IMG/VR virus record: IMGVR_UViG_3300044631_002422
Span: 1-64,000 of that record
DNA: 64,000 nt
Direction: 5' to 3' (one strand)
From: a virus
Shown: piece after piece, positions 49,512 through 59,275 of the stretch
Layout: the number at the start of each line of letters is the position of its first letter
How positions within the stretch are numbered: the stretch's first letter is position 1
Notes under the pieces: generated by a model
Told to the model about the DNA's origin: nothing
What the model saw: only the letters and a program-made list of their open reading frames with translations
Databases searched by the model: none
Translations under genes and position numbers: made by a program

Positions 49512-49793
49512 ATGAGCGAGTTTACAAAAGGACCGTGGCGGAAAGGCAATGTAGGCGAAATTATGCTGAATAACAAATACCGCGAAATCATTTCCGACGA
49601 CGGGAAGATTGGATTGGTGTACGGAATTATTGACCAAGACAACAAGGCCAACGCCAATCTCATCGCAGCCGCACCGGAGTTGTACGAGGCTCTTCAAAAG
49701 GTGCTTGACCAATCGTGGAATGGACCTATCGACGCGGAGCATCACGCGAGAAAACAGGCTGCTGCCGCACTAGCCAAAGCGAGGGGCGAATGA
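49512..49793 (+). CDS. Conserved phage protein (TKGPW...ANANLIAAAPELYEAL)
   Basis: Widespread phage motif. Confidence 0.8.
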   Translation: MSEFTKGPWRKGNVGEIMLNNKYREIISDDGKIGLVYGIIDQDNKANANLIAAAPELYEALQKVLDQSWNGPIDAEHHARKQAAAALAKARGE

Positions 49794-50137
49794 GCGAGAT
49801 ACAAGCTGGCGAAGGATGGCGGTTGCTGGGGCCAGATGAATCGGTAGATGGTTTTGGCGACGAGCATAAAACATCAGAGGGCGTATGGATTAAAGTGCCG
49901 TCATACTTCACCCTCCGGAAAGCCGCAGATTTTATCGCCGTTCGCCGCCGCATCCCGGTCAAGCCGGAGGCGGTGGAGATAGACGGTCATCGAGTCAGCC
50001 TTGACAACGGGTTCGTGCGAATCGGCAGCTTATTTTCGCAGTACTATTTTTCGTCACGCACTGAGGCGATTCGCAAACTTGGCGAGTGGTGTATTGCTGT
50101 TGCCGACTGGCGAGAGGCACAAGGAGATAGTAAATGA
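49790..50137 (+). CDS. Hypothetical protein, family E
   Basis: MSEIQAGEGWRLLGPDE...RRRIP.KPEA...ADWREAQG. Confidence 0.75.
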   Translation: MSEIQAGEGWRLLGPDESVDGFGDEHKTSEGVWIKVPSYFTLRKAADFIAVRRRIPVKPEAVEIDGHRVSLDNGFVRIGSLFSQYYFSSRTEAIRKLGEWCIAVADWREAQGDSK

Positions 50138-50505
50138 GCGAGATTGAAGCTGGCGATGGATGGCGATTGCTGGGGCCAGATGAGGTAATCAAGAAAGGGG
50201 ACGAAGTTTGCCCTTTGTTTAGCTTTATATGGTCAGAAGTCCCAGAGCAATTTATTGGCAAAGAGAATCAAGGCTCACAAATCCGTCGCCGCATCCCGGC
50301 CAAGCCGGAAGCGTTGGACATCTGGAACGCTTTTGAGGTGAGTGTGGGCTCAGGTGTTGCCGCGACCTTCGTTATCCGACAGATGGGAGCGTCGCAAGAC
50401 GAGTGGGACGTTGTTGTCGGCGATCTAAACGATGCCCGCCAACTAGCCGACTGGCTGACACGTTACGCCGACTGGCGAGAGGCACAGTATTTAAATGCAA
50501 AGTAA
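50134..50505 (+). CDS. Hypothetical protein, family E
   Basis: Tandem paralog with the same motifs. Confidence 0.75.
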   Translation: MSEIEAGDGWRLLGPDEVIKKGDEVCPLFSFIWSEVPEQFIGKENQGSQIRRRIPAKPEALDIWNAFEVSVGSGVAATFVIRQMGASQDEWDVVVGDLNDARQLADWLTRYADWREAQYLNAK

Positions 50506-50866
50506 AAAATGCATAAAATGCAATCAAGAACTTGACGTTTCTTCTTTTGCTAAAAGGGGCGGTGAAAATTATTTACGAACCGAGTGTAAAAGATGCAATA
50601 ACGAATCAACCAAAATAAGAAAGCTACTCAGGCAGCAAAACGAATCGCCGCCAGACAATTACTGCTGCCCAATATGCGGCAGAAACAACGAGCAATGCGC
50701 TGGCCAAGGCGGAAAAGAAATACCGGCTTGGGTTATTGACCATTGCCACAAAACAAATAAATTTAGAGGTTGGCTTTGCCATAAATGCAATCGTTCATTG
50801 GGTGGTTTCAATGATAGTATTGAGTTATTAAACAAAGCTATTGATTATTTAAAGAATTGGAGTTAA
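50495..50866 (+). CDS. Recombination endonuclease VII-like HNH nuclease
   Basis: CPICG, IDHCHKTNKFRGWLCHKCNRSLG. Confidence 0.9.
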   Translation: MQSKKCIKCNQELDVSSFAKRGGENYLRTECKRCNNESTKIRKLLRQQNESPPDNYCCPICGRNNEQCAGQGGKEIPAWVIDHCHKTNKFRGWLCHKCNRSLGGFNDSIELLNKAIDYLKNWS

Positions 50867-50867
50867 A

Positions 50868-51221
50868 ATGAAAGTTGCTGTATATGGAACATTGCGTCGT
50901 GGTTTTGGAAATCATAGACTTTTAGCACATTCTAAATTTTTAGGGCAAACAAAAACTGAACCAGTATTTACAATGTATGGTCATTTAGTTCCTTGGTTGT
51001 CTAATAATGGAACAACTTCTATTGTTGTTGAAGTTTACGAAGTTGATCAAACAATAATGGATTCGCTTGATTGGCTAGAAGGCTATCCGTCTTATTACAA
51101 TCGCCAGTTGATTAACACTGAATTTGGCGAAGCGTGGATTTATTTTATTGACAATAGAGATTCGGGTGCTATAATAGAAAGTGGCGACTGGGCCGAGTAT
51201 AGAAGGTCTGTGTTGCTTTAG
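50868..51221 (+). CDS. Gamma-glutamylcyclotransferase (AIG2-like)
   Basis: VAVYGTLRRGFGNH, EVYEV, LDWLEGYP.YY.R, IIESGDW. Confidence 0.9.
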   Translation: MKVAVYGTLRRGFGNHRLLAHSKFLGQTKTEPVFTMYGHLVPWLSNNGTTSIVVEVYEVDQTIMDSLDWLEGYPSYYNRQLINTEFGEAWIYFIDNRDSGAIIESGDWAEYRRSVLL

Positions 51222-51226
51222 TATTT

Positions 51227-51754
51227 GGCGCGGTGGTGAAATGGCAGACACTCAGGACTCAAAAAGGGTCGGCTATCTCGAAAGGGATAGTTAGTAAGGT
51301 GTAAATTCGGTGAACGCTTAACAGATAATGCTGATGCCAACGCCGAGCGAAGCTCAAATAAATATTGGAACTGTAAACTGAGTTCGATTCTCAGGATGCT
51401 TGGTTGCTGTGTGGTTCGATTCCACAATGCTCTCTGGTGAGGGGACTGGTTCGAATCCAGTTGTTTGAGAACGTGTAGAGACTATAATCACCCACCTAAT
51501 GTAGATAGCAAATTATATTGCGGGGGCAGACATAGTAGAGTGTATATCTCGTCTACCTATCTATAATGGTGAAGGCATAGTCCAGACCACAAACATGGAA
51601 GATTCTCTCAGTGAGACAGAAACTCACGTTAATCAAACAAACAGAGTGGGGAGAGTGAGAGATAAAATATCCCCCATTGGCGGTGAAAACCGTAGTGGTA
51701 AGTAAAATCCTGTGGGAATTAAATCCCGTGCGGGTTCGAGTCCCGCTCGCGCTA
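51227..51754 (+). tRNA. tRNA-Leu(UAA) interrupted by a group I intron (exons 51227-51259 and 51703-51754)
   Basis: Joining the exons gives CAGGA-CT TAA AA-TCCTG, a long variable arm and a canonical T arm. Confidence 0.85.
51260..51702 (+). ncRNA. Group I self-splicing intron (443 nt)
   Basis: P1 GACUC/GGGUC with U.G at the splice site; P4 region AAATTCGGTGAA/GCCGAGC; P7 GACTA/TAGTC; terminal G. Confidence 0.85.
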
Positions 51755-51853
51755 TTTCTCTATATTTTTTAAAAATGTTTTGTAAACAGTCAATCCTTTG
51801 CCGATAATACTAAGTATTCAAATGTAAATGAATCTTAATATAGAGAAAGTAAA

Positions 51854-52597
51854 ATGTACCATCCGTACAAAAAAGGATATAGTGTACTACCGGCATTGGA
51901 AAAGTTAGATGGACCTATTTTTCACAAGGATGTTTTTTACGATGAATACATTGAAGCAAAAATTGAAATCTCAAAAAAAAGAAATCTTCTACTTTATAGT
52001 AACATTAGTAAAGATATACTTTATTGTGCAGAATCTGTAATAAAAGAAAATGCCGATTGGGTTAATCCAAATTACAGTTTTGGCGATATATGTATGCAGC
52101 TACAAGAAGATGTAGCAATTCATAGAATTGATAGAGCTACAAATTCTAATTGGTTAGCAGCATCGCATATTGCATTTCCATCGAGTTGGCGTCCAGAAGA
52201 AAAAATTGGAAAGGGATTAGAAGAAATTCATCAACCAGTACCGGGAATGAATTTAAAAAATAGCTACAGGTTAGCTGAAACTTCTTGTCGTCTTGGCCCA
52301 TTCCAAAGATTCGTTTGGTCGCCAATTTTTGAGTATAGATTGGATTTTCATCCAGATAATCCAAAACAAAAGTTTGACCCAAAAAATCCAAAAATCTATG
52401 TTAAAGTAGAAAAGCAGATTACATATCCTTTGTTGGATGTTGATGCTTTTCTTTTTGTTTTAAGACAATACATTGTAGAGCCAGACCTTATTGACTTATA
52501 TAGAACGTGTTGTACAATGACACCAGAACAAAAGAAATACAAAGGTATAACCGATGAATTTCTTGATTTTTTATTTTTGTGGTTGGATCAAAGCTAA
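51854..52597 (+). CDS. DUF3445 / heme-dependent oxidative N-demethylase alpha-subunit-like protein
   Basis: LQED, FPSSWRPEEKIGK.LEEIHQPVPG, RF.W, VEKQ. Confidence 0.75.
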   Translation: MYHPYKKGYSVLPALEKLDGPIFHKDVFYDEYIEAKIEISKKRNLLLYSNISKDILYCAESVIKENADWVNPNYSFGDICMQLQEDVAIHRIDRATNSNWLAASHIAFPSSWRPEEKIGKGLEEIHQPVPGMNLKNSYRLAETSCRLGPFQRFVWSPIFEYRLDFHPDNPKQKFDPKNPKIYVKVEKQITYPLLDVDAFLFVLRQYIVEPDLIDLYRTCCTMTPEQKKYKGITDEFLDFLFLWLDQS

Positions 52598-52606
52598 ACG
52601 GAGATT

Positions 52607-53638
52607 TTGATGTATAATTTGTGCTGTATAAGTAACGAGCTAAAAGAACAAGGTTACTCATTCAAGACCATGACTTGGAAAAGATTTTGCCAACTTTCAG
52701 AATTGCATGGGCGAGGATATGCAATAATGGAGCTTGGGTATCGTTATTTAAACAATATAAAAGTTACACATCAAATCATAAAACATTGTCATAAACACGG
52801 ATGGGGATATCGCGTATCATCAGACCTTTTTCCTCTTTTAACTCATCCAGAAGCAAAATTCTTGCTCAAGAATATTCCACAGTATGACGATATTTTTGAA
52901 GAGTTTCGTGCTATACGAAACGGTAATTACAATGTGCGTTTATCTACTCATCCAGACCAATTCAATGTGCTTGCAAGTAATAATTTAGAGTCTGTGCGTA
53001 AAACAATTCAAGAACTATCGAATCATGGAATGGTTATGGATTTATTAGGATGTGAACAAAATTATAACAATCCAATAAATATTCATGTCAATTGCGCCGA
53101 TGGTGAGCCAGAAGATATTGCCATGCGATTTACATACTGGCTTGCTGCCGCGCCACACAACGTGCGGTCACGACTTGTTGTAGAAAATGAAGATAAGGGT
53201 ATATGGACCGTAAGTAATCTACTTAGATATTTCTGGGAAGAATACGGAATTCCAATAACGTTTGATAATCTGCATCATAAATGTAATCCTTGTGGTATGT
53301 CGGAAGAATTAGCTATGGCGCATTGTGCTGGAACATGGTATCATTATGGAGCAAAGCCGCTATTCCACTACAGCGAATCTTGCCCAAACAACAAAAACAA
53401 ACGCGCTCATGCTGATATGCCAACAAACATTCCTCCATCAGATAAATATGATTGGGATGTCGAATTAAAAAATAAGGATAAAGCGATACGTCATTTATAT
53501 TTAATTGAACTTATGCGAGAATCTGAATTACTTGGTGAATGGGCTGCTGATGTTGGTCCGCAGCGAGGCCCAAGTAGTGTTGCAAAAATAAATGCAGAAA
53601 CAAAATCTGTTAACATTCAGTTGAAGGAATTATCATGA
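52607..53638 (+). CDS. uvsE: UV damage endonuclease
   Basis: YRVSSDLFP, RLSTHPDQFNVLAS, NIH, RLVVENED, TFDNLHH, FHYSES, RAHAD. Confidence 0.9.
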   Translation: MMYNLCCISNELKEQGYSFKTMTWKRFCQLSELHGRGYAIMELGYRYLNNIKVTHQIIKHCHKHGWGYRVSSDLFPLLTHPEAKFLLKNIPQYDDIFEEFRAIRNGNYNVRLSTHPDQFNVLASNNLESVRKTIQELSNHGMVMDLLGCEQNYNNPINIHVNCADGEPEDIAMRFTYWLAAAPHNVRSRLVVENEDKGIWTVSNLLRYFWEEYGIPITFDNLHHKCNPCGMSEELAMAHCAGTWYHYGAKPLFHYSESCPNNKNKRAHADMPTNIPPSDKYDWDVELKNKDKAIRHLYLIELMRESELLGEWAADVGPQRGPSSVAKINAETKSVNIQLKELS

Positions 53639-54447
53639 CTTATAAAGTAGGAATAATTGGCCGGGGTTTTGTTGGAGGAGCAATTGAATCTTATCTTAAA
53701 GATAAATGCGATGTTGTATCTTATGACATACGCGACTCTTTAGATGCTGACCAAGGCTACAAAAATGTAGTTGATCACTCTGAAATTATTTATGTTTGCG
53801 TTCCTACACCACAAAATAGTGATGGTAGTTTTTGTAAAGATATTTTGGAACAAAGTATAAGACTAATAGATTTTCATGCTGCGCAAAAATCAACTCAACC
53901 AATTGTTGTAATAAAGTCAACAATGTCTCCGGGAACATTTGATGATCTTTACAATATTTACAAGAACATTGAAATGGTTGTCAACCCAGAGTTTTTGACT
54001 GAACGAACAGCCAAGAAAGATGTTCAAAACACAAAAAAACATTTGATTGGAGGTTATTCAATCAATGCTGCACATCCCGTTATGGAGTTCATTTGGTCGA
54101 TGTGGCCTAGTACAGATTGTTTTTATGTAGAACCAACTGAAGCTGAACTAATAAAATATATTACAAACTCTTTTTTTGCAGTAAAAGTTTCATTTGCAAA
54201 TCATATACATGACTTGTGCGAGTCGCTTGGTATTGATTACGAAAGTATTTCTGATACAATGATCCAAGTAGATCCAAGGGTTGGCGATCTTCATTGGAAA
54301 GTTCCCGGTCCAGATGGAAAGCTTGGATTTGGAGGAAGATGTTTTCCAAAAGACTTGAATAGTATGATTGAACTATTCAATAAGCTTGAGCTTGATTGCG
54401 ATGTTCTTTCTGCTGCCCAAAATTACAATTTAAAAATAAGGGATTGA
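53635..54447 (+). CDS. UDP-glucose/GDP-mannose dehydrogenase family (short form)
   Basis: GRGFVG, CVPTP, IKST, NPEFL, AELIKY..N, GFGGRCFPKD. Confidence 0.9.
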   Translation: MTYKVGIIGRGFVGGAIESYLKDKCDVVSYDIRDSLDADQGYKNVVDHSEIIYVCVPTPQNSDGSFCKDILEQSIRLIDFHAAQKSTQPIVVIKSTMSPGTFDDLYNIYKNIEMVVNPEFLTERTAKKDVQNTKKHLIGGYSINAAHPVMEFIWSMWPSTDCFYVEPTEAELIKYITNSFFAVKVSFANHIHDLCESLGIDYESISDTMIQVDPRVGDLHWKVPGPDGKLGFGGRCFPKDLNSMIELFNKLELDCDVLSAAQNYNLKIRD

Positions 54448-54448
54448 T

Positions 54449-55504
54449 ATGAAGATAGTTGATGAAGTTAAACTTGATTTTGATGACATACTTCTTGTTC
54501 CAGCGAGATCACCAGCAGCAAGCCGAAAAGAAGTTGAGCTTAAACGGTTGTTTAAGTTTTTTCATTCTCCCCGACAATGGTATGGCATACCAATCATGGC
54601 AGCGAATATGGATGTTACAGGCACGTTTGCTATGGGCAATTCTTTATTGAACTGGTGTGCTGTTACCTGTCTTCACAAACATTATCCAATTGAAGAGGTA
54701 GTAAAATACTATAAGTCAAATAATGTTCAAAACAATGTTTGGATGAGCATTGGAATGAATCAAGAAAAAGATATCGACAGGCTTATTGCAGTCGAAGATG
54801 CTACAGATTACTCTCCAAATATTTGTATTGATATTGCAAACGGTTATACCGAAAAGTTTGTTGAGTGGTGTGCAAAAGTAAGAAGTGTTTTCAAAGATTC
54901 AATTATTATGGCTGGTAATGTTTGTACTCCAGAAATGGTGCAGGAGTTGATTCTGCATGGCGGAGTCGATATAGTTAAGGTTGGAATTGGACCGGGAAGC
55001 GCGTGTCTGACTCGTCATATGACTGGTGTGGGATTCCCGCAACTTTCAGCGATTATAGAGTGTAGTCATGCTGCTCATGGACTCAAAAGCGGAGAAGGCA
55101 GAATGGGATTGATTTGTGCTGATGGCGGATGTAGAATACCAGCAGACGTATGCAAAGCTTTCGCTGCCAACGCTGATTTTGTTATGCTTGGAGGAATGTT
55201 TGCAGGAGCAGATGAGTGTGATGGTGAATGGATAACCCAAGGCGATAAAAAATATCTAACATTTTACGGAATGTCATCGCAAAAAGCACAATATAAGCAT
55301 AACGGAGGAATGGCTACCTACAAAGCCAGTGAGGGTCGCGTCAAAAAAGTAGCTCATAAAGGTTCTGCCAATGATATTATGTCAGAAATTTGCGGTGGTC
55401 TTCGTAGCTGTTGTGCTTATACTGGCGCTATTTGCTTGAAAGATTTGCCAAAATGTGCAAAAGCTGTCCGTGTTAACCGAGTTCATTTTGATAATACGGT
55501 TTAA
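54449..55504 (+). CDS. guaC: GMP reductase
   Basis: VKLDFDDILL, AANMD, DIANGY, KVGIGPGSAC, ADGG, FYGMSS, YKASEG. Confidence 0.92.
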   Translation: MKIVDEVKLDFDDILLVPARSPAASRKEVELKRLFKFFHSPRQWYGIPIMAANMDVTGTFAMGNSLLNWCAVTCLHKHYPIEEVVKYYKSNNVQNNVWMSIGMNQEKDIDRLIAVEDATDYSPNICIDIANGYTEKFVEWCAKVRSVFKDSIIMAGNVCTPEMVQELILHGGVDIVKVGIGPGSACLTRHMTGVGFPQLSAIIECSHAAHGLKSGEGRMGLICADGGCRIPADVCKAFAANADFVMLGGMFAGADECDGEWITQGDKKYLTFYGMSSQKAQYKHNGGMATYKASEGRVKKVAHKGSANDIMSEICGGLRSCCAYTGAICLKDLPKCAKAVRVNRVHFDNTV

Positions 55505-55507
55505 AAT

Positions 55508-55834
55508 GTGTATAAAGCATCAAATGCGAGCTTTATTTTAGGTAAAATAATGGACAAAGAAAAACTAATAAAAACCATAAATTCAATTTATGAATGGCCC
55601 ATAACAGAAGAAAAAATACTTGAGGTTTATGATAACTTCAAGAATATAATCAAATGTGGCGATATAGAAACTATTGAATTCATGGAAAATGTAATCAAAT
55701 TTGACAAAAAACGAAGAATGGAATACAGAAACTATCTAGCTTCAATTGGTTTTGAATTAAGGCCAAACGAACTAGACCAGTATATTTTATTGATGATTAT
55801 TGCTATGTTAGATACGGTAAAAATTAATGGCTAG
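55508..55834 (+). CDS. Hypothetical protein (start probably 55550)
   Basis: Overlaps the start of the next gene. Confidence 0.55.
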   Translation: MYKASNASFILGKIMDKEKLIKTINSIYEWPITEEKILEVYDNFKNIIKCGDIETIEFMENVIKFDKKRRMEYRNYLASIGFELRPNELDQYILLMIIAMLDTVKING

Positions 55835-57173
55835 ATCAAGACTTGGACACGGATTTAAATGTTGCAAAGAAGAAAGTAGTTCTAGCTCTAGTTCATCTAG
55901 TTCCATTTCAACTGGAACGGCCAGTTCATCTACTTCTACTGGCGGTCCAAGTGGCGATTGTCCATGTTTAGTTTACTCTGAAAAGTTTTTAGCTTTTGAC
56001 TCCTGTGACCCACAGGAAGACAGAATCGGCGCGATTAGTATAAATATGTCGCCAACTAGAGTTTGCGGCAATCAAAATTTTACAATTAGCTTTACAATAA
56101 GAAATGAAACTGGTGGTACTTGGACTTCAACAAATGATGATTCTTTTGTTTACTTGGCGGTTGTAAACACCAATGGAAATTCATGTACTTTATGTTCTGA
56201 TATTGATTATGTAAGCGCAAGCCCATCTCCACTTAGAACAAATCTTACCGGTGGAAATGTAGGATGCGCAATCATGCAAATAGATTGGTCTATAAACCTT
56301 GCCAACAACTCAGAAACTTCTTACTCGGCTACATTTACTATGGGTACAATTTGTAACTGTACCGACCCAGTTATTTTTGAAGTTGGTGTTGTGAGAGGCT
56401 GTCGCGCAACACTTTCTGCTGTATGCGATCCATGTCAACCATCTCCTTGTGTTGGTAATTGTCAGGTAAATAAACCATCAACAGCAACTGGTTCTGGCGG
56501 TCAGTTTTGGGATATACTATCCTCTACATATAATACGGCTAATGGCAACTGGTCACTAACAGCTGTTGCTAAAACCCCTACTGGTGTTGGAGCTAGTAGT
56601 TTTAGCAGTGGTCAAGTAAGTAGTACCGGAGGAGCAAACGCTGCAATTAGTTCACACGTTCCAGCTGCAAATTTTGGCGGTACAGCATATCCCGTCGGAA
56701 CAGTAGTTACAATAAATGGAACATCAACTCCGCCGACTTCTGCGAATTGTTCAACTTGGGGATTTGGTTTAGTTACATACGCTATAGTTTATCTTCCAGC
56801 AACTTGGACTTCAGAAATTTGTGCATCAGATTTTAATCCTATGAATTTTTTAGATCAGGAAAATTATTCATATTCTAGCAATAGATCGTTATCTAGCGGA
56901 TCTGGAGATATATCTTCAATATCAAGCTTTTCACTGACTTTAAATTCAGAAAAATGTTGCGACGGAGCGTGTGTGGTTGATTGTGAAAATGGACAAGTTA
57001 TTAGAACTATTTTTGATGATTGTGCTGGAAGAATATCAGACAGTGGAGAATCGTGTAATTGTCAGTCCGGTTTCGATCTAAATGTTTGTTATGAAAAACC
57101 AGATGGTCCCCTTGTAATTAAGTGTGGATACAAAGATTCCTCTTTGAATTATATTGTTTGTGGAGATGTTTGA
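55827..57173 (+). CDS. Cys/Ser/Thr-rich protein, possibly virion-associated
   Basis: Cys-rich, poly-Ser tract, Ig-like beta strands. Confidence 0.6.
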   Translation: MARSRLGHGFKCCKEESSSSSSSSSSISTGTASSSTSTGGPSGDCPCLVYSEKFLAFDSCDPQEDRIGAISINMSPTRVCGNQNFTISFTIRNETGGTWTSTNDDSFVYLAVVNTNGNSCTLCSDIDYVSASPSPLRTNLTGGNVGCAIMQIDWSINLANNSETSYSATFTMGTICNCTDPVIFEVGVVRGCRATLSAVCDPCQPSPCVGNCQVNKPSTATGSGGQFWDILSSTYNTANGNWSLTAVAKTPTGVGASSFSSGQVSSTGGANAAISSHVPAANFGGTAYPVGTVVTINGTSTPPTSANCSTWGFGLVTYAIVYLPATWTSEICASDFNPMNFLDQENYSYSSNRSLSSGSGDISSISSFSLTLNSEKCCDGACVVDCENGQVIRTIFDDCAGRISDSGESCNCQSGFDLNVCYEKPDGPLVIKCGYKDSSLNYIVCGDV

Positions 57174-58506
57174 AATGAATTTTGATGACTTGCCATGCGA
57201 TAAAAGAATTGCATCTTCTACAGATCCAAACAAAATGATTTGCCAAATAGCTACATCAAGACAGCCGTTTGAAGTAGAAGTCACTCCAACATTTTGTGAA
57301 ACTTGTTTAAAGTGCGGAGGCTATCAAGCCGATAACAACAATAAAGGCATCAAGCTAGCTTCAATTTATTCAGCGAAAAAACAATCTGAACAAGTTTACC
57401 AACTGGCGGAAATCAACAATGGCGATGGTCCCGGAACCGAACTTAAAAAGATGATTCCAAAGTGGCTAGAAAGAAAAGAATGCGGGTGTGCAAACTTTGC
57501 AAAGAAAATGAATATATGGGGTCCAGATTTATGCGAAAAAAATATAGAGCAAATAGTTGACAAACTTCATTCCGAATCCAAAAAGCTTGCAATGTTTTCT
57601 TGGGTTCCAGATGTTTGCACACGAACTGTTTGTTATAAGCTTGCCACTACTGCGATAAAAAGAGCCAGAGAAAAAGAAGGTAACTTAAAAAACAAGTGGT
57701 TTGTTGCTGTTACAACAGCACCAAGAAAAGAACAAACTCTTAGTATTTGTTTGGATTCATTGCTTATCAATGGCTGGCGACCGTACATTTTTGCCGAACC
57801 CGGAAACTATGACTATCTCAATGAAGAATATCGTTCTAATTTAATTTTGAACAAAGAACGAAAAGGAGTTTGGTGGAATTGGATTCAAAGTTGCAGATAT
57901 GCTCTTGAAAATTCTGATGCAGACGTTATAATGACAGTTCAAGACGACTCATTATTTCATCCAGACGCAAAAGACATTGCTGAAATGTTTATGTGGCCAT
58001 CTAAGGATGTTGGATTTATTTCTTTATATACACCAAAACATTACAGCTTGATGTCAAGACAAAAATCTTTAAAAAGATCCACTGGAATAAATAGAATACA
58101 TACCAAAGCTTTATGGGGAGCTTGTGCTTTGATTTGGCCAAGAGAAGTGCTTGAAAAAGTAATGCAGCATGAGTTGATAGAAGGATGGCTTGGCGCTCCA
58201 CTAAAAACAATGTCAGCTTGGGAAGAAAGAAAAAGAAAAAGAAAAGAAGAGCCTTGGACTATTCAAAATAGTGATACCGGCATAGGAAAAATCATGAACA
58301 GAATGGGTCGCAGTATGTGGTTTGTTGACCCTTCGCCTGTGCAGCATATAGCTAAATATTCAGCAATTAATCATGGAGGAAACGAAGGCAGAAGAAATTG
58401 CGGACGATGCGCAAACTTTAAAATTCCTCTTAAAGAACAAGTTCCTTTTTTGTTCAATGGAGAGCCAGCAAAAACTTTTTCTGCAAAAGAAATAGAATTG
58501 AGTTGA
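57154..58506 (+). CDS. Cys-rich domain fused to GT-A-like glycosyltransferase
   Basis: GPGTELKK..CGC..KMN.WG domain, then VTTAPR, VQDD (DxD-like), WGACAL and PSPVQHI. Confidence 0.65.
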   Translation: MFVEMFEMNFDDLPCDKRIASSTDPNKMICQIATSRQPFEVEVTPTFCETCLKCGGYQADNNNKGIKLASIYSAKKQSEQVYQLAEINNGDGPGTELKKMIPKWLERKECGCANFAKKMNIWGPDLCEKNIEQIVDKLHSESKKLAMFSWVPDVCTRTVCYKLATTAIKRAREKEGNLKNKWFVAVTTAPRKEQTLSICLDSLLINGWRPYIFAEPGNYDYLNEEYRSNLILNKERKGVWWNWIQSCRYALENSDADVIMTVQDDSLFHPDAKDIAEMFMWPSKDVGFISLYTPKHYSLMSRQKSLKRSTGINRIHTKALWGACALIWPREVLEKVMQHELIEGWLGAPLKTMSAWEERKRKRKEEPWTIQNSDTGIGKIMNRMGRSMWFVDPSPVQHIAKYSAINHGGNEGRRNCGRCANFKIPLKEQVPFLFNGEPAKTFSAKEIELS

Positions 58507-58590
58507 CATAAGTATTGATAGAATGTATAATAAGTATATGAATAACGATTACGGCGTGTAATCTTTTTTGTTTAGTGTAAGGAGTTTATT

Positions 58591-58950
58591 GTGAAAAATT
58601 TTGTTTTGTTGATTTTGGTTTTTGTTTTTGGTGTAATTGCTAGTACTTCAGTTTCGGCCCAAGAGCCTATTGCAGAAGCCCCTCCTTCTGTTCAAACGCT
58701 CGTTCATCAAGAACAAGGGCAAACTTCGGTTGCAACATTGGCCTTGTCACAGTCTTGCGCAAATTGCACAGGAAGTTCAGTTGCCACAACAATGATTAGC
58801 ACTCCAGTAAAGTTTATTCAACGGCTTGCGTGTTCATCTCCAGTTCAGCGCGTAGCTCAGGCTCCGTCGCGATTTGGTCACTGGGTTCAGTGCAATAAAC
58901 CAGTTCGGTCTGCGATGCGAAATGTAGCTTGCCGTTTGCGTTGTCGATAA
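58591..58950 (+). CDS. Secreted small Cys-containing protein
   Basis: Signal peptide; promoter near 58503; AAGGAG RBS. Confidence 0.65.
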   Translation: MKNFVLLILVFVFGVIASTSVSAQEPIAEAPPSVQTLVHQEQGQTSVATLALSQSCANCTGSSVATTMISTPVKFIQRLACSSPVQRVAQAPSRFGHWVQCNKPVRSAMRNVACRLRCR

Positions 58951-59047
58951 CAATAGAAACAAAAGTCGGAAGCGTCTGCTTTGCATTCAGCGATTAGACA
59001 GATAGACAATACTAGACTCGCCGGTGAAAATCCGGCTTGTTTCTTTT

Positions 59048-59120
59048 GCTGCTCTAGTTCAATTGGTAGAACAATAGTTTTGTAAACTATATGTTGTGGG
59101 TTCAAGTCCCACGGGTAGCT
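59048..59120 (+). tRNA. tRNA-Thr(UGU)
   Basis: Cloverleaf, loop TT-TGT-AA. Confidence 0.9.
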
Positions 59121-59125
59121 TTTAC

Positions 59126-59197
59126 TGCCCTGTTGTGTAACTGGCAGCACGGCAGACTTTGACTCTGCTAGTCTAGGTTCAAATCCTAGCGGGGCAA
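59126..59197 (+). tRNA. tRNA-Gln(UUG)
   Basis: Cloverleaf, loop CT-TTG-AC. Confidence 0.92.
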
Positions 59198-59199
59198 TT

Positions 59200-59270
59200 C
59201 GAGCTATAGTTTAAAGGTAAAATGTAACTCTGATAAAGTTAAGATGGGGGTTCAATTCCTTCTGGCTCGA
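59200..59270 (+). tRNA. tRNA-Ile(GAU)
   Basis: Cloverleaf, loop CT-GAT-AA. Confidence 0.8.
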
Positions 59271-59275
59271 CTTAT

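Noticed and set aside
51227-51262. tRNA-Leu(CAA)
   Set aside because: Group I rules (U.G at the 5' site, terminal G) place CAA inside the intron; the spliced anticodon is UAA
59019-59036. Cobalamin riboswitch
   Set aside because: Only a GCCGGTGAAAATCCGGC T-loop hairpin matches; the GGGAA and B12-box elements are missing
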